Virus record (IMG/VR): IMGVR_UViG_3300041583_000284
Coordinates: 308-64,307 of that record
Direction: 5' to 3' (one strand)
Origin: a virus
DNA length: 64,000 nt
In this document: positions 45,877-53,934 of the stretch, piece after piece
Position numbering within the stretch: the stretch's first letter is position 1
How the letters are laid out: the number at the start of each line of letters is the position of its first letter
Position numbers and translations under genes: made by a program
The notes under the pieces: generated by a model
Told to the model about the DNA's origin: nothing
Databases searched by the model: none
The model's input: the letters and a program-made list of their open reading frames with translations, nothing else

Positions 45877-46170
45877 CTAGGTCTTTCTGTTGAGGGCAGA
45901 GGTTACCTCTGCGATATTGGTCTCGTTTATTACGAGCGCGATGCCCCCCGCGGCTGTGATGGCCGCGAGGTTCTTGCTTTGTAGGGGGGTGGGCTTGTTC
46001 GTCCCTGCCTTGCACTCGATGCCGAAGAACAAGCCTTTGTGGCAACCCACTATGTCGGGAACGCCCGAGGCACCGTAGCCGCCCGTAGCGGGGAAGAAGT
46101 AATACGCCTCCATGCCCTTCAGCAGGGCGACGACCTCCCGCTTTACTTTTTTCTCGGGGGTGTCAGCCAT
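45877..46170 (-). CDS. VRR-NUC domain nuclease
   Basis: 97 aa. GVPDIVGCHKGLFFGIECKAG is a PD-(D/E)XK core of VRR-NUC type. Confidence 0.7.
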   Translation of the reverse strand: MADTPEKKVKREVVALLKGMEAYYFFPATGGYGASGVPDIVGCHKGLFFGIECKAGTNKPTPLQSKNLAAITAAGGIALVINETNIAEVTSALNRKT

Positions 46171-46508
46171 TACGTTTCCTTAGTTGGGGCAATGATCCAG
46201 AAGACCGTTGCAGACATCCGAAGCCCAACACCTTCGATGGGCCGGGGCGGAGGAGGTATCTCCATAAGCCCCAACGCCATCAGCCGGTCAGTGACCCACA
46301 TAGGCTCGGTGCCCATAGTATAATCACCACTTGGAAGTAGATCAACACATACCTCACTGAATGGTTGTAGCACAACACGTGTCGCGTCCATAACTTCAGC
46401 ACGTATCGTGCGGTCCCGGTTCTTGCCCATCCAGTGCATGACCCCCGCGTGTAGCGTCGCTGCGGGGCCCCACTTCAACAAGTCCCCTACGGCCTGCCAT
46501 CTTGCCAT
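46170..46508 (-). CDS. hypothetical protein
   Basis: The internal ATG at 46508 overlaps the upstream stop (TGATG). 112 aa. Confidence 0.45.
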   Translation of the reverse strand: MARWQAVGDLLKWGPAATLHAGVMHWMGKNRDRTIRAEVMDATRVVLQPFSEVCVDLLPSGDYTMGTEPMWVTDRLMALGLMEIPPPPRPIEGVGLRMSATVFWIIAPTKET

Positions 46509-46705
46509 CAGTGCGCCTTCCCCGCCACTGGGCCAACGGAGGCTACAAGCAGCCGGATCTTGCGGATCGCGTTGCGCAGCTCTGTGTGGTCCTCGGGGTC
46601 GCTGACCCCGTATGTGGCCCCCGTGGGTTGGTGGCGCACCTGCCACCCCGTACCACAAGGTTCAATCACGAAGTTGGGGGTCGCCCCCCGGCTGTCCTTA
46701 ATCAT
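46508..46705 (-). CDS. hypothetical protein
   Basis: 65 aa. AAAGGA RBS directly after palindrome copy P1. Confidence 0.5.
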   Translation of the reverse strand: MIKDSRGATPNFVIEPCGTGWQVRHQPTGATYGVSDPEDHTELRNAIRKIRLLVASVGPVAGKAH

Positions 46706-46719
46706 ATCGTATCCTTTCT

Positions 46720-46738
46720 CTTAGTCCCGAGGACTAAG
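46720..46738 (-). repeat. junction palindrome P1 (CTTAGTC-N5-GACTAAG)
   Basis: CTTAGTC CCGAG GACTAAG, between the stop at 46741 and the ATG at 46705. Confidence 0.85.
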
Positions 46739-46740
46739 TG

Positions 46741-47670
46741 TTACCAACCAAAGCCGGGCAGAGCTGCGATCGCTGCGTCCAGCTGCTTCTTTGTATCCGC
46801 CTTGTGGTAGGGGTCGTCCCGCAGAGCGAGGGCCGACGTGCCATTGAGGGTTTCGCTGAGGACACGCTGCATCCGCACCATGTCCGGGTCGTTGGTGATG
46901 TTGCACGTCTCCATCATGGCCACGAGGTCATGCGCCCGGTCAATCACGCTGTCGTAGATGCGCCGTGCCTTCTCCCCTTCCGCTGTCGGCTCCAGCTGCC
47001 GGGTCAGGGTGGTCAGGGTGTCGCGCAGCCGGGCCCAGATGTCGTCCATGGCGGACTTGATCTGCGTGTCGAAGTAGGAGGAATACTCCTTCTGCAAGGC
47101 TGCCTTGGCCTCGGCCTCCATATCCACACGCCAGTCGCCTGCATCAGGCAAGGGCACGAAGCTCATGCGGAACGCGAACTTGTCCCGGATGGAATCGACC
47201 GTGGGGTATTCCTCGCGGTTGAACAGGGTGCCCAACTTGAGCTCGGAGGCGGAAATCTCCCAGCTGTATGCCTTGAGGAACGCGTTGGCCAAGCGGTGGA
47301 ACTCGTCTTGCAGGGCCGTCATCTGCTTCTGGTACTTGAAGAACTGCGCCGTGGGGAGCAGGCGCAGGCCGAGGTCGGACCATGGCATGGTCATGGACCG
47401 GTGCAAGCTACGCACATTCTCCGAGAACTTCTGCACAGCATCGAGCTCTGCGCAGTCGCCCAGCAGGTTCTTGTTGACGCTGGCCACACCCCGTGCAGCA
47501 CCGCTGGAGCGGGTCACCGCCTCGGATGCCGTCTTGTCCCGCTTACGTGCCGTCCACACAGAGATGGACAGGTCCACCAGCATAGCCGCGCTGGACACCG
47601 ACGGGGCACTCTGCCCGAAACCCGCAGGCAGCTGGATCGGGTTAGGCTTGTTTGTGATATTGATTGTCAT
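46741..47670 (-). CDS. DUF3150-like protein
   Basis: 309 aa. LSISVWTARKRDK near the N-terminus is recalled from DUF3150, a family that accompanies CobS/CobT-like AAA and vWA genes in phages. Not verified. Confidence 0.5.
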   Translation of the reverse strand: MTINITNKPNPIQLPAGFGQSAPSVSSAAMLVDLSISVWTARKRDKTASEAVTRSSGAARGVASVNKNLLGDCAELDAVQKFSENVRSLHRSMTMPWSDLGLRLLPTAQFFKYQKQMTALQDEFHRLANAFLKAYSWEISASELKLGTLFNREEYPTVDSIRDKFAFRMSFVPLPDAGDWRVDMEAEAKAALQKEYSSYFDTQIKSAMDDIWARLRDTLTTLTRQLEPTAEGEKARRIYDSVIDRAHDLVAMMETCNITNDPDMVRMQRVLSETLNGTSALALRDDPYHKADTKKQLDAAIAALPGFGW

Positions 47671-47900
47671 GGTGTTTGGTCTCCTACAATGGATGTTAAT
47701 CTAAAAGCGACGATACGATCCGCCGCTATGGATACAGACTCCTTGTCGTTACGCAGGGTCAGGAACCCTGTGTCTCGTATCTTCTGGGTGAAGAACTCCC
47801 CGATCCCCGGGCCCACTGGCACGTGCAGCGCCACCATGCCTCCGCCGGTCACCTGCACTTCAACAAGGGACCACTCCGTGGGGTATTTTGGTTTTGTCAT
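47667..47900 (-). CDS. hypothetical protein
   Basis: 77 aa. AAGGAGAG RBS after palindrome P2. ATGA-coupled to the DUF3150-like gene. Confidence 0.5.
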   Translation of the reverse strand: MTKPKYPTEWSLVEVQVTGGGMVALHVPVGPGIGEFFTQKIRDTGFLTLRNDKESVSIAADRIVAFRLTSIVGDQTP

Positions 47901-47921
47901 TCTTTTTCTCTCCTTGGTTGG

Positions 47922-47942
47922 ACTTAGTCGGGATGACTAAGT
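47922..47942 (-). repeat. junction palindrome P2
   Basis: ACTTAGTC GGGAT GACTAAGT. Abuts the GR1 stop. 21 nt containing CCAACCAAGGAGAG precede the ATG at 47900. Confidence 0.9.
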
Positions 47943-48175
47943 TAGTTGTCGCCGTCGCCGGAGCCGTCGCCGGAGCCGTAGCCATCGCCGTAGCCGTTGC
48001 CGAAGCCGTAGCCGAAGCCGTTGCCGAAGCCATCGCCGTTGCCGTTGCCGAAGCCGTAGCCGAAGCCGTTGCCGAAGCCGTTGCCGAAGCCGTAGCCGTC
48101 GCCGTCGCCGTAGCCGTAGCCGTCGCCGTAGCGGGACCCCGCCCACACCAGCGGGCGCAGGAACGTCCAGATCAT
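47942..48175 (-). CDS. Gly-rich micro-protein GR1 (MIWTFLRPLVWAGSRYG leader plus Gly-X repeat core)
   Basis: 77 aa. Its ATG overlaps the GR2 stop (ATGA). Its TAA stop abuts palindrome P2. Confidence 0.7.
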   Translation of the reverse strand: MIWTFLRPLVWAGSRYGDGYGYGDGDGYGFGNGFGNGFGYGFGNGNGDGFGNGFGYGFGNGYGDGYGSGDGSGDGDN

Positions 48176-48348
48176 TGTTCACCTCTGTTCCCATTGCCGT
48201 AGCCGTAGCCGTCGCCGTCGCCGTCGCCGTCGCCATCGCCGTAGCCGTAGCCGTCGCCGTAGCCGTTGCCGTTGCCGTTGCCGTTGCCGTGGCCGTGGCC
48301 GTAGCGGGACTTCGACCACACCAGCGGCCGCAGGAAAGTCCAGATCAT
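48172..48348 (-). CDS. Gly-rich micro-protein GR2
   Basis: 58 aa, MIWTFLRPLVWSKSRYGHGHGNGNGNGNGYGDGYGYGDGDGDGDGDGYGYGNGNRGEQ. The ATG at 48348 overlaps the stop of the 278-aa ORF (ATGA). The 3-prime end encodes the GAGGTGA RBS for GR1. Confidence 0.7.
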   Translation of the reverse strand: MIWTFLRPLVWSKSRYGHGHGNGNGNGNGYGDGYGYGDGDGDGDGDGYGYGNGNRGEQ

Positions 48349-49181
48349 AGCGCTGCGTAGAGGCACTCTACCTGCATAGTGTGGGTTGAGCGCTCGAACC
48401 CGTGGTGTCTGATCTGGAAGATCCGCTCTGGTGCGAGGTCAGAGAGCTCGGTGTCCATGCCATTGGGCAATTCTGGGATCAGGTATGGCCGGTGGAGGGG
48501 CTGCTCGGGGCCGTGCCGATACCCTGAGCTGGAATACTTAGGCGCTAGCTTATGGGCGTCGTCGTTGCCCAGCGCACACCATGCGGTACAGGCCGCATGC
48601 AGATTGTGCAGAGCTTTCTTCTCCTCCGGGGTGCGCTTGACCGGCACACGGACCGGGATGTTGTCGCCGACGGCCTTGCTCTGCGGGCTGGGGATGTAGG
48701 CCATGGGCCGGTTGTAGTGGTTCACACCAACTGCCGACCACGCGGACGCCCACTGCCACGCGGCGTTGCGCCCCTTGTCGTTTCGGTAGTTGCTACCAAT
48801 ACCCACGCTGCGCCCGGTGCTCGCATCGAGGAGCAGGAGCTGCGAGTCTCCTCTGTTGATCCACGCCTTGGGCAGGGGCTTGGCTGCCAGAACGTCGGCG
48901 TCCTGCCTGCACAGTGCGAGCACCGCGCGTGCCTCGGGGGTCAGGCTGTCTTTGCCAAGCGACAGTGCGGGGCAGTCCCCTTCCACGCTGCTGACCACAC
49001 GCAGGTCACTCTCGCCCCGCCCGAGCCTGCGCTCCATGCCGCGATGATCGGGCTTGAAGTCCCGCGCCGAGAGCAGAACTTCGCCGCTCTCGAACACGAT
49101 CAGATTGTGCTCGGGCTCGTTGTAGAACCGCTTGAAGCGATCCCAGCGGGCGTCTTTGTTGTCGAATGTTGGGAGTTTCAT
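48345..49181 (-). CDS. hypothetical protein
   Basis: 278 aa. AAAGGAAAG RBS after palindrome P3. Confidence 0.55.
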   Translation of the reverse strand: MKLPTFDNKDARWDRFKRFYNEPEHNLIVFESGEVLLSARDFKPDHRGMERRLGRGESDLRVVSSVEGDCPALSLGKDSLTPEARAVLALCRQDADVLAAKPLPKAWINRGDSQLLLLDASTGRSVGIGSNYRNDKGRNAAWQWASAWSAVGVNHYNRPMAYIPSPQSKAVGDNIPVRVPVKRTPEEKKALHNLHAACTAWCALGNDDAHKLAPKYSSSGYRHGPEQPLHRPYLIPELPNGMDTELSDLAPERIFQIRHHGFERSTHTMQVECLYAAL

Positions 49182-49205
49182 GTTGTTTGCTTTCCTTTGG
49201 TTGGG

Positions 49206-49224
49206 CTTAGTCGGAATGACTAAG
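49206..49224 (-). repeat. junction palindrome P3
   Basis: CTTAGTC GGAAT GACTAAG, directly after the GR3 stop. Confidence 0.9.
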
Positions 49225-49365
49225 TCAGTTGCCGTAGCCGTAGCCGAAGCCGTAGCCGTCGCCGAAGCCGTAGCCGAAGCCGTAGCCGTAGCCGCCGCCG
49301 TCGCCGTAGCCGTAGCCGTAGCGGAACCGGGACCACACCAGTGGGCGTAGAAAGCCCCAGATCAC
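49225..49365 (-). CDS. Gly-rich micro-protein GR3
   Basis: 46 aa, (V/M)IWGFLRPLVWSRFRYGYGYGDGGGYGYGFGYGFGDGYGFGYGYGN. The GTG start overlaps the vWA gene stop (GTGA). The TGA stop abuts palindrome P3. Confidence 0.6.
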   Translation of the reverse strand: MIWGFLRPLVWSRFRYGYGYGDGGGYGYGFGYGFGDGYGFGYGYGN

Positions 49366-50621
49366 AGCTCGTGACCCTTGATGTGTGTCGTGGCCCCGTG
49401 GGCGGGGCGGGCGCTCTTGTTGTCGAGGATAGTCCACAGGACCGGGCAGGTCCACGTTCCCCAGCCGCCGCCGAGGTAGCCGTCAGTCAGCACGATGACC
49501 GCCTGTGGTGCGATACCATTCTTGTTGAGGAACTCCGGCACGCACTCGACCATGGTGCCGCCACCGCCCGCAGGCTTAGTCGAGGCGACTAAGTTGGGCA
49601 GGTCTTGCTCGAGATACACCTCGTGTCTGCACACTTCGGTATCCCAGTACAGCAGGTGGACGCGCTCGGGGCGCACGGAGTCTGCGATGCCGCGGACCTC
49701 GCTCAAAAACGATGCCAGTTGCGGTCCTCCGATAGACCCCGACGTGTCTATCGCCACGCAGATGTCCTTGACGCGCTCGGTGGTGCCACTGGGCATGTAG
49801 TAGCCGCCGATGAAGCGACGGTTGGGCCGCTTCCACGTGGAGAAGTCAGACCCTGCGCAGGTTGTCGTGATGAAGTCGCGCAGCGCTGTGCGCCAATCCA
49901 CCTGTGGCTGCATCAGGTCGTCGAGGGAGCGATCGCCACCGGACCCCGTCTTGCCTGCCATCAGCGCGCCTTGACGCACTGCCTCGTCAATGTCACGGGC
50001 CAGCGCTTGCTTGTCCGCATCGGGCATATCCTGCGCCCCGTCCCAGTCGTGCATATCGAAACCTTGACCGGACTGGCCCTCGCCTTGGCCCTCGCCTTGG
50101 CCCTCGCCTTGGCCCTCGCCTTGGCCCTCGCCTTGGCCCTCGCCTGACTTGGCGTTCTTGAGCAGATCGTGGAACACCGCAGCGCTGTCCCAGTCGCGGT
50201 ACTTCTCGTCGAAGCAACCGGTCCGCAGGGCACCGGTCATGGTGGCGAAGTGATCTGACTTGTTGTCATCTACCAGCTTGATGTTGATGACGAAGTCGCA
50301 AGCCTGATTGGCCATCTGAGCATGGCGCAGGTACATCCACCGCCACGTGGTCAGGTGCTTGTACAGCTTGTGATAGTTCTCGTGCAGGACGAGGAACCGC
50401 AGCTCGGAGTCCTTGAGCGATGCGATGAAGTCGGGGTTGTAGACCTCATTCATGCCGTCCGTGGCCGCAGTATTCACAGGGCTGCGACGTATGTGGGTAT
50501 CCACCGTGCGGCTGCCGATCATCAGCACGCCCGCCAAGGCGCGATACCTCTCGTGGTGCATGATCGCAATGACAGCCTTTTGCAGGCGCTGTTCTGGAGT
50601 GAGTTTGCCGTTCCCAAACAT
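49362..50621 (-). CDS. vWA-domain protein with an N-terminal putative metallopeptidase domain (CobT/DUF2201-like)
   Basis: 419 aa. HExxH in FLVLHENYHKLYKH. MIDAS motif in VAIDTSGSIGG. Internal perfect (GEGQ)6 repeat. Confidence 0.75.
   Translation of the reverse strand: MFGNGKLTPEQRLQKAVIAIMHHERYRALAGVLMIGSRTVDTHIRRSPVNTAATDGMNEVYNPDFIASLKDSELRFLVLHENYHKLYKHLTTWRWMYLRHAQMANQACDFVINIKLVDDNKSDHFATMTGALRTGCFDEKYRDWDSAAVFHDLLKNAKSGEGQGEGQGEGQGEGQGEGQGEGQSGQGFDMHDWDGAQDMPDADKQALARDIDEAVRQGALMAGKTGSGGDRSLDDLMQPQVDWRTALRDFITTTCAGSDFSTWKRPNRRFIGGYYMPSGTTERVKDICVAIDTSGSIGGPQLASFLSEVRGIADSVRPERVHLLYWDTEVCRHEVYLEQDLPNLVASTKPAGGGGTMVECVPEFLNKNGIAPQAVIVLTDGYLGGGWGTWTCPVLWTILDNKSARPAHGATTHIKGHEL
49575..49593 (-). 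repeat. palindrome P4 (intragenic copy)
   Basis: CTTAGTC GAGGC GACTAAG inside the vWA gene, encoding NLVASTKP. Confidence 0.8.
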
Positions 50622-50643
50622 GGGGTATTCCTTCCTTGATTGG

Positions 50644-50664
50644 ACTTAGTCGGGATGACTAAGT
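50644..50664 (-). repeat. junction palindrome P5
   Basis: ACTTAGTC GGGAT GACTAAGT, after the GR4 stop. Confidence 0.9.
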
Positions 50665-50888
50665 CAGTTGCTGTTGCCGTAGCCGAGGCCGAGGCCGTAG
50701 CCGTCGCCGCTACCCCATCCGTTGCCGCTGCCCCATCCGTTGCCGTAGCCGCGGCCGTAGCCGGGGCCGTGGCCGTGGCCGTAGCCGTCGCCGTAGCCGG
50801 GGCCGTGGCCGTCGCCGTAGCCGTAGCCGTCGCCGTCGCCGTAGCGGGACTTCGACCACACCAGCGGGCGCAGGAACGTCCAGATCAT
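50664..50888 (-). CDS. Gly-rich micro-protein GR4
   Basis: 74 aa with the MIWTFLRPLVWSKSRYG leader. ATGA overlap with GR5. The TGA stop abuts palindrome P5. Confidence 0.7.
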   Translation of the reverse strand: MIWTFLRPLVWSKSRYGDGDGYGYGDGHGPGYGDGYGHGHGPGYGRGYGNGWGSGNGWGSGDGYGLGLGYGNSN

Positions 50889-51061
50889 TGTTCACCTCCG
50901 TTCCCATTGCCGTAGCCGCAGCCGTCGCCGTCGCCGTCGCCGTCGCCATCGCCGTAGCCGTAGCCGTCGCCGTAGCCGTTGCCGTTGCCGTTGCCGTTGC
51001 CGTGGCCGTGGCCGTAGCGGGACTTCGACCATACCAGCGGGCGGGCAAAGAGCCAGATCAT
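50885..51061 (-). CDS. Gly-rich micro-protein GR5
   Basis: 58-aa ORF read by hand, below the track length cutoff: MIWLFARPLVWSKSRYGHGHGNGNGNGNGYGDGYGYGDGDGDGDGDGCGYGNGNGGEQ. The ATG overlaps the stop of the upstream 252-aa ORF (ATGA). Near-duplicate of GR2. Confidence 0.65.
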   Translation of the reverse strand: MIWLFARPLVWSKSRYGHGHGNGNGNGNGYGDGYGYGDGDGDGDGDGCGYGNGNGGEQ

Positions 51062-51816
51062 TCGCTACTCTTTACCCACGCAGTGAACGACCCGTAGTCG
51101 GGGGCGCTCGCGTGCTCCTCGGTGTAGTAGGCGTCGTGCTCCTCATACACAATTTTGCGGAGTTCTTTCTCTACTGCTGGCACCTCTGCCCCGTAGTCTG
51201 CGATCCCAGCGGAGACGCGCAGATTCTCCCACTGGTCCCGGTCCAGCAAGGCCACGAGGGTATCAGGCCAGCCCGGCTGCCCCCTGTGCATCTGCTCGTT
51301 ACCAAGCAAGGCTGCCATGGGCTTGTACCATGCGAGGAAGTCCTTGAGACCGGACACTTCCATGGCCTTGTTTGCCTTCTTGCGGTCTACCCGCACACGG
51401 GCGATAGGGCGCGTGTCCTCGCTGGCGTGGGTCAGCCTGCCCTCTGCGTCAAGGCGCACCTGGGCCCCGGGCTTATAGTAAGCATCGCCGGAACGAAGGG
51501 CCTTGCACTCCCCGCTTATGCCGGCGCCCCGAGGCATGAAGCGATCGGCGAAGGCCGCGGTGCTCTGGCTCTCGTAGTTGAGGTCCAGCGTGCATGTGTT
51601 GTCGGGGTGCCACTGCACCACCTCAGTGCTGTGATAGATGAAGCAGATCGTGCCGTCGTGGCTCTTTGACAGCCCGGTGAAGTGGGCGCTGTGGCGGGGC
51701 ATGGCATGTGTGCCCGAGCGACCGTAGGTGTTCTTGCGCAGCTTGGCCTTGTCGAACAGGGCTGCTGCCTCTGCGTAGGTGTTGAGGCGTCTGACGCCGG
51801 GCATTTGAAGTCTCAT
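51058..51816 (-). CDS. hypothetical protein
   Basis: The ATG at 51816 (MRLQMPGVRR...) follows palindrome P6 and an AAGGAAGGA RBS. The track ORF start at 51882 would read through the palindrome and GR6. Confidence 0.55.
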   Translation of the reverse strand: MRLQMPGVRRLNTYAEAAALFDKAKLRKNTYGRSGTHAMPRHSAHFTGLSKSHDGTICFIYHSTEVVQWHPDNTCTLDLNYESQSTAAFADRFMPRGAGISGECKALRSGDAYYKPGAQVRLDAEGRLTHASEDTRPIARVRVDRKKANKAMEVSGLKDFLAWYKPMAALLGNEQMHRGQPGWPDTLVALLDRDQWENLRVSAGIADYGAEVPAVEKELRKIVYEEHDAYYTEEHASAPDYGSFTAWVKSSE

Positions 51817-51839
51817 GGTTTTAGTCCTTCCTTGGTTGC

Positions 51840-51860
51840 ACTTAGTCGGGATGACTAAGT
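51840..51860 (-). repeat. junction palindrome P6
   Basis: ACTTAGTC GGGAT GACTAAGT, after the GR6 stop. Confidence 0.9.
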
Positions 51861-51952
51861 CAGTTGTGGTTGTAGCGGCCATAGCCGAGGCCGAGGCCGT
51901 AGCCGTAGCGGGATTTCGACCACACCAGCGGGCGGGCGAAGAGCCAGATCAT
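51860..51952 (-). CDS. Gly-rich micro-protein GR6 (shortest member)
   Basis: 30 aa, MIWLFARPLVWSKSRYGYGLGLGYGRYNHN. The ATG overlaps the HNH gene stop (ATGA). The TGA stop abuts palindrome P6. Confidence 0.55.
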   Translation of the reverse strand: MIWLFARPLVWSKSRYGYGLGLGYGRYNHN

Positions 51953-52584
51953 GTCACTGATCCTTTCTTTGGCACGAGTAGTGCTAGGCCCCGCACACCC
52001 TTGCGCCACCGGCTGTCCACTGTTGAGTACGGCAAGCCGTATTCTCGGACAGCATCTGTCAGGGCCAATCGGCGGTCGGGCAGGTAGACCCACCGGGTCT
52101 GGCGACGGTTGTTCAGTTGCTCAGTCATGGTGACCCAGCGCACGTTACCGGGCTCGTAGCCCCGCTCGTTATCAATCCGGTCCAGTGTACTGTGCCGATC
52201 TTGGGTAGGTGCGGGACCGATGTGGGCGTAGAACAAGGCAAAGTCCGCCTCCCACGCGGGGAGCATGGCTATGCCGCGCCCCCCATAGTTGTGGTATTTA
52301 GGGTTCTTTGGGTTGTTGCATCGCTGCTTTGCAGCAATCCACGCAACCCATTCTTTGCCGTGGGCCAGACCATGCCTAGCCCTACGGCGATTGCTTTCGG
52401 CGACGCCGCACTTTACCGAACAGGAGATAGCCCCTGTCCGCAAGTGGCTGCCGGTCTTTATGCAGATGTTCCCACAGTCGCATTGGCATTCCCACCGAGC
52501 TTGCCCGTCGTGGCTACTGTCCACTTGTCTAGTTACAAGTAACTTTCCTTGGCGTATTCCAGCCCACTGAACTAGGTTGCCCAC
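51949..52584 (-). CDS. HNH homing endonuclease (paralog of 39971-40717)
   Basis: 211 aa, GTG start. CQCDCGN...CSVKCG zinc region, YHNYGGRGI, STLDRIDNERGYEPGNVRWVTMTEQ. Same architecture as the polymerase-associated HNH. Confidence 0.75.
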   Translation of the reverse strand: MGNLVQWAGIRQGKLLVTRQVDSSHDGQARWECQCDCGNICIKTGSHLRTGAISCSVKCGVAESNRRRARHGLAHGKEWVAWIAAKQRCNNPKNPKYHNYGGRGIAMLPAWEADFALFYAHIGPAPTQDRHSTLDRIDNERGYEPGNVRWVTMTEQLNNRRQTRWVYLPDRRLALTDAVREYGLPYSTVDSRWRKGVRGLALLVPKKGSVT

Positions 52585-52600
52585 TTAGGTTTCTCCCCTG

Positions 52601-53701
52601 CTATTGATCCGCCCCGAAGAGGTAGGCATGGGCCTGAACCCAGCGAGTGAAGCTCTTGTTAAGCAGCACTACGGACTGCTTGGCATACTTCGGGGAGCGA
52701 ACACCGTTCGCAAACAGACCTTGCGCTTCCGCGTCTAACTTGTCAACGTAAATCATCCAGTTGTCCACCCAATCTGCTTCCATGGTTGACAGCGCCCGGT
52801 ATACTACCATGCACGTGGCAGCGGCCGAGGTGGGCACCTTGGCGTTGGCCGGGTCGTTCTTGATCGAGGCATGGCTGGGCAGGTCGTTGGCCAGCCTTAC
52901 GAAGGCCATCAGGTCCATCGCTGCCCGGTCCCCGAGGGTGCCCATCAGGGCGGCAGTCAGGGTCATGTCGTCCACCTTGCCCATGGTGGCCTTGATGATG
53001 TTGCTGGCCTTCTCCAGCGAACGCCCGGTCACGAACGCCTTGCGGCTCGGGTCACGTGGGTGGAAGATGTAGGGGTTCTGGTCTGGCTCCTTGACTTCCT
53101 CGAAGGACTGGAACAGCTGCGGGTTGTCGCGCACCCAGCCCAGCAACGTGTGGTCCACGCCGTTGGAGATACCCCACTCCAGCCACTCCATGTGGCTCGG
53201 CTTGCGCACGGTCAGCACCGAGATGCGGTTCCACTGGTGGGGCAGCAGCATATCCCCAACGCCTTCGGCGCCGAGGTTGGTGGTGGCAAACACAATGCTG
53301 TCTGGATGCATCGTGTACCCTGCCATCTTGCGCTCGTAGAGGATGCGGGTCAGTGCGTTCTTCACCGAGGGGTTGGCTTTGCCAAGCTCGTCGATCATCA
53401 AGATGATGGGCTGGTCGCACAGGTGCATGCCAAGCTCCTCGTTGGTGGCAAACCGCACGAAGGGTGCGCCGCCCGATGCCTCGGCGAGGTTGGGGATCAT
53501 GATGTCCCCGAGGTCCTTGGTTGTGCAGTCAAAGTAGACTGGCAGGTGGTTGGGCAGGCTCTTGCCGAGCTGGCCCAGCAGGGCTGACTTGCCGATGCCA
53601 ATACCGCCTTGCAGCAGGTAGGTCACCGTGTTGCCCGAGGCCTCGATGAGTGCTGCGCACTGGTCAAGGCTCACGTCGTAGATTGCGTTTGCTCGTGTCA
53701 T
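52601..53701 (-). CDS. MoxR/CobS-like AAA+ ATPase
   Basis: 366 aa. Walker A QGGIGIGKSAL, Walker B ILMIDELGKA, then IVFATTN. Confidence 0.8.
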   Translation of the reverse strand: MTRANAIYDVSLDQCAALIEASGNTVTYLLQGGIGIGKSALLGQLGKSLPNHLPVYFDCTTKDLGDIMIPNLAEASGGAPFVRFATNEELGMHLCDQPIILMIDELGKANPSVKNALTRILYERKMAGYTMHPDSIVFATTNLGAEGVGDMLLPHQWNRISVLTVRKPSHMEWLEWGISNGVDHTLLGWVRDNPQLFQSFEEVKEPDQNPYIFHPRDPSRKAFVTGRSLEKASNIIKATMGKVDDMTLTAALMGTLGDRAAMDLMAFVRLANDLPSHASIKNDPANAKVPTSAAATCMVVYRALSTMEADWVDNWMIYVDKLDAEAQGLFANGVRSPKYAKQSVVLLNKSFTRWVQAHAYLFGADQ

Positions 53702-53722
53702 TGTGTGTATTCCTTTGGTTGA

Positions 53723-53743
53723 ACTTAGTCGGGATGACTAAGT
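53723..53743 (-). repeat. junction palindrome P7
   Basis: ACTTAGTC GGGAT GACTAAGT, after the GR7 stop. Confidence 0.9.
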
Positions 53744-53934
53744 TAGTTGTCGCCGTAGCCATCGCCGTAGCCGTTGCCGAAGCCGAAGCCGTAGCCGTAG
53801 CCGTCGCCGTTGCCGTTGCCGTAGCCGAAGCCGTGGCCGTAGCCGTTGCCGAAGCCGTTGCCGAAGCCGTAGCCGTCGCCGTCGCCGTAGCGGGACCCCG
53901 CCCACACCAGCGGGCGGAGAAAGCCCCAGATCAT
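53743..53934 (-). CDS. Gly-rich micro-protein GR7
   Basis: 63 aa with the MIWGFLRPLVWAGSRYG leader. ATGA overlap with GR8. The TAA stop abuts palindrome P7. Confidence 0.7.
   Translation of the reverse strand: MIWGFLRPLVWAGSRYGDGDGYGFGNGFGNGYGHGFGYGNGNGDGYGYGFGFGNGYGDGYGDN

Noticed and set aside
51816-51882. Track ORF starts that extend upstream through a palindrome or Gly-rich region (51058-51882, 54173-54688, 56688-57194, 57149-57604, 57429-57809, 49225-49455, 51860-52093, 53931-54194, 54495-54860).
   Set aside because: The internal ATG or GTG is preferred because it follows the conserved junction RBS or overlaps the upstream stop. The extensions translate hairpin or repeat DNA into non-conserved sequence.
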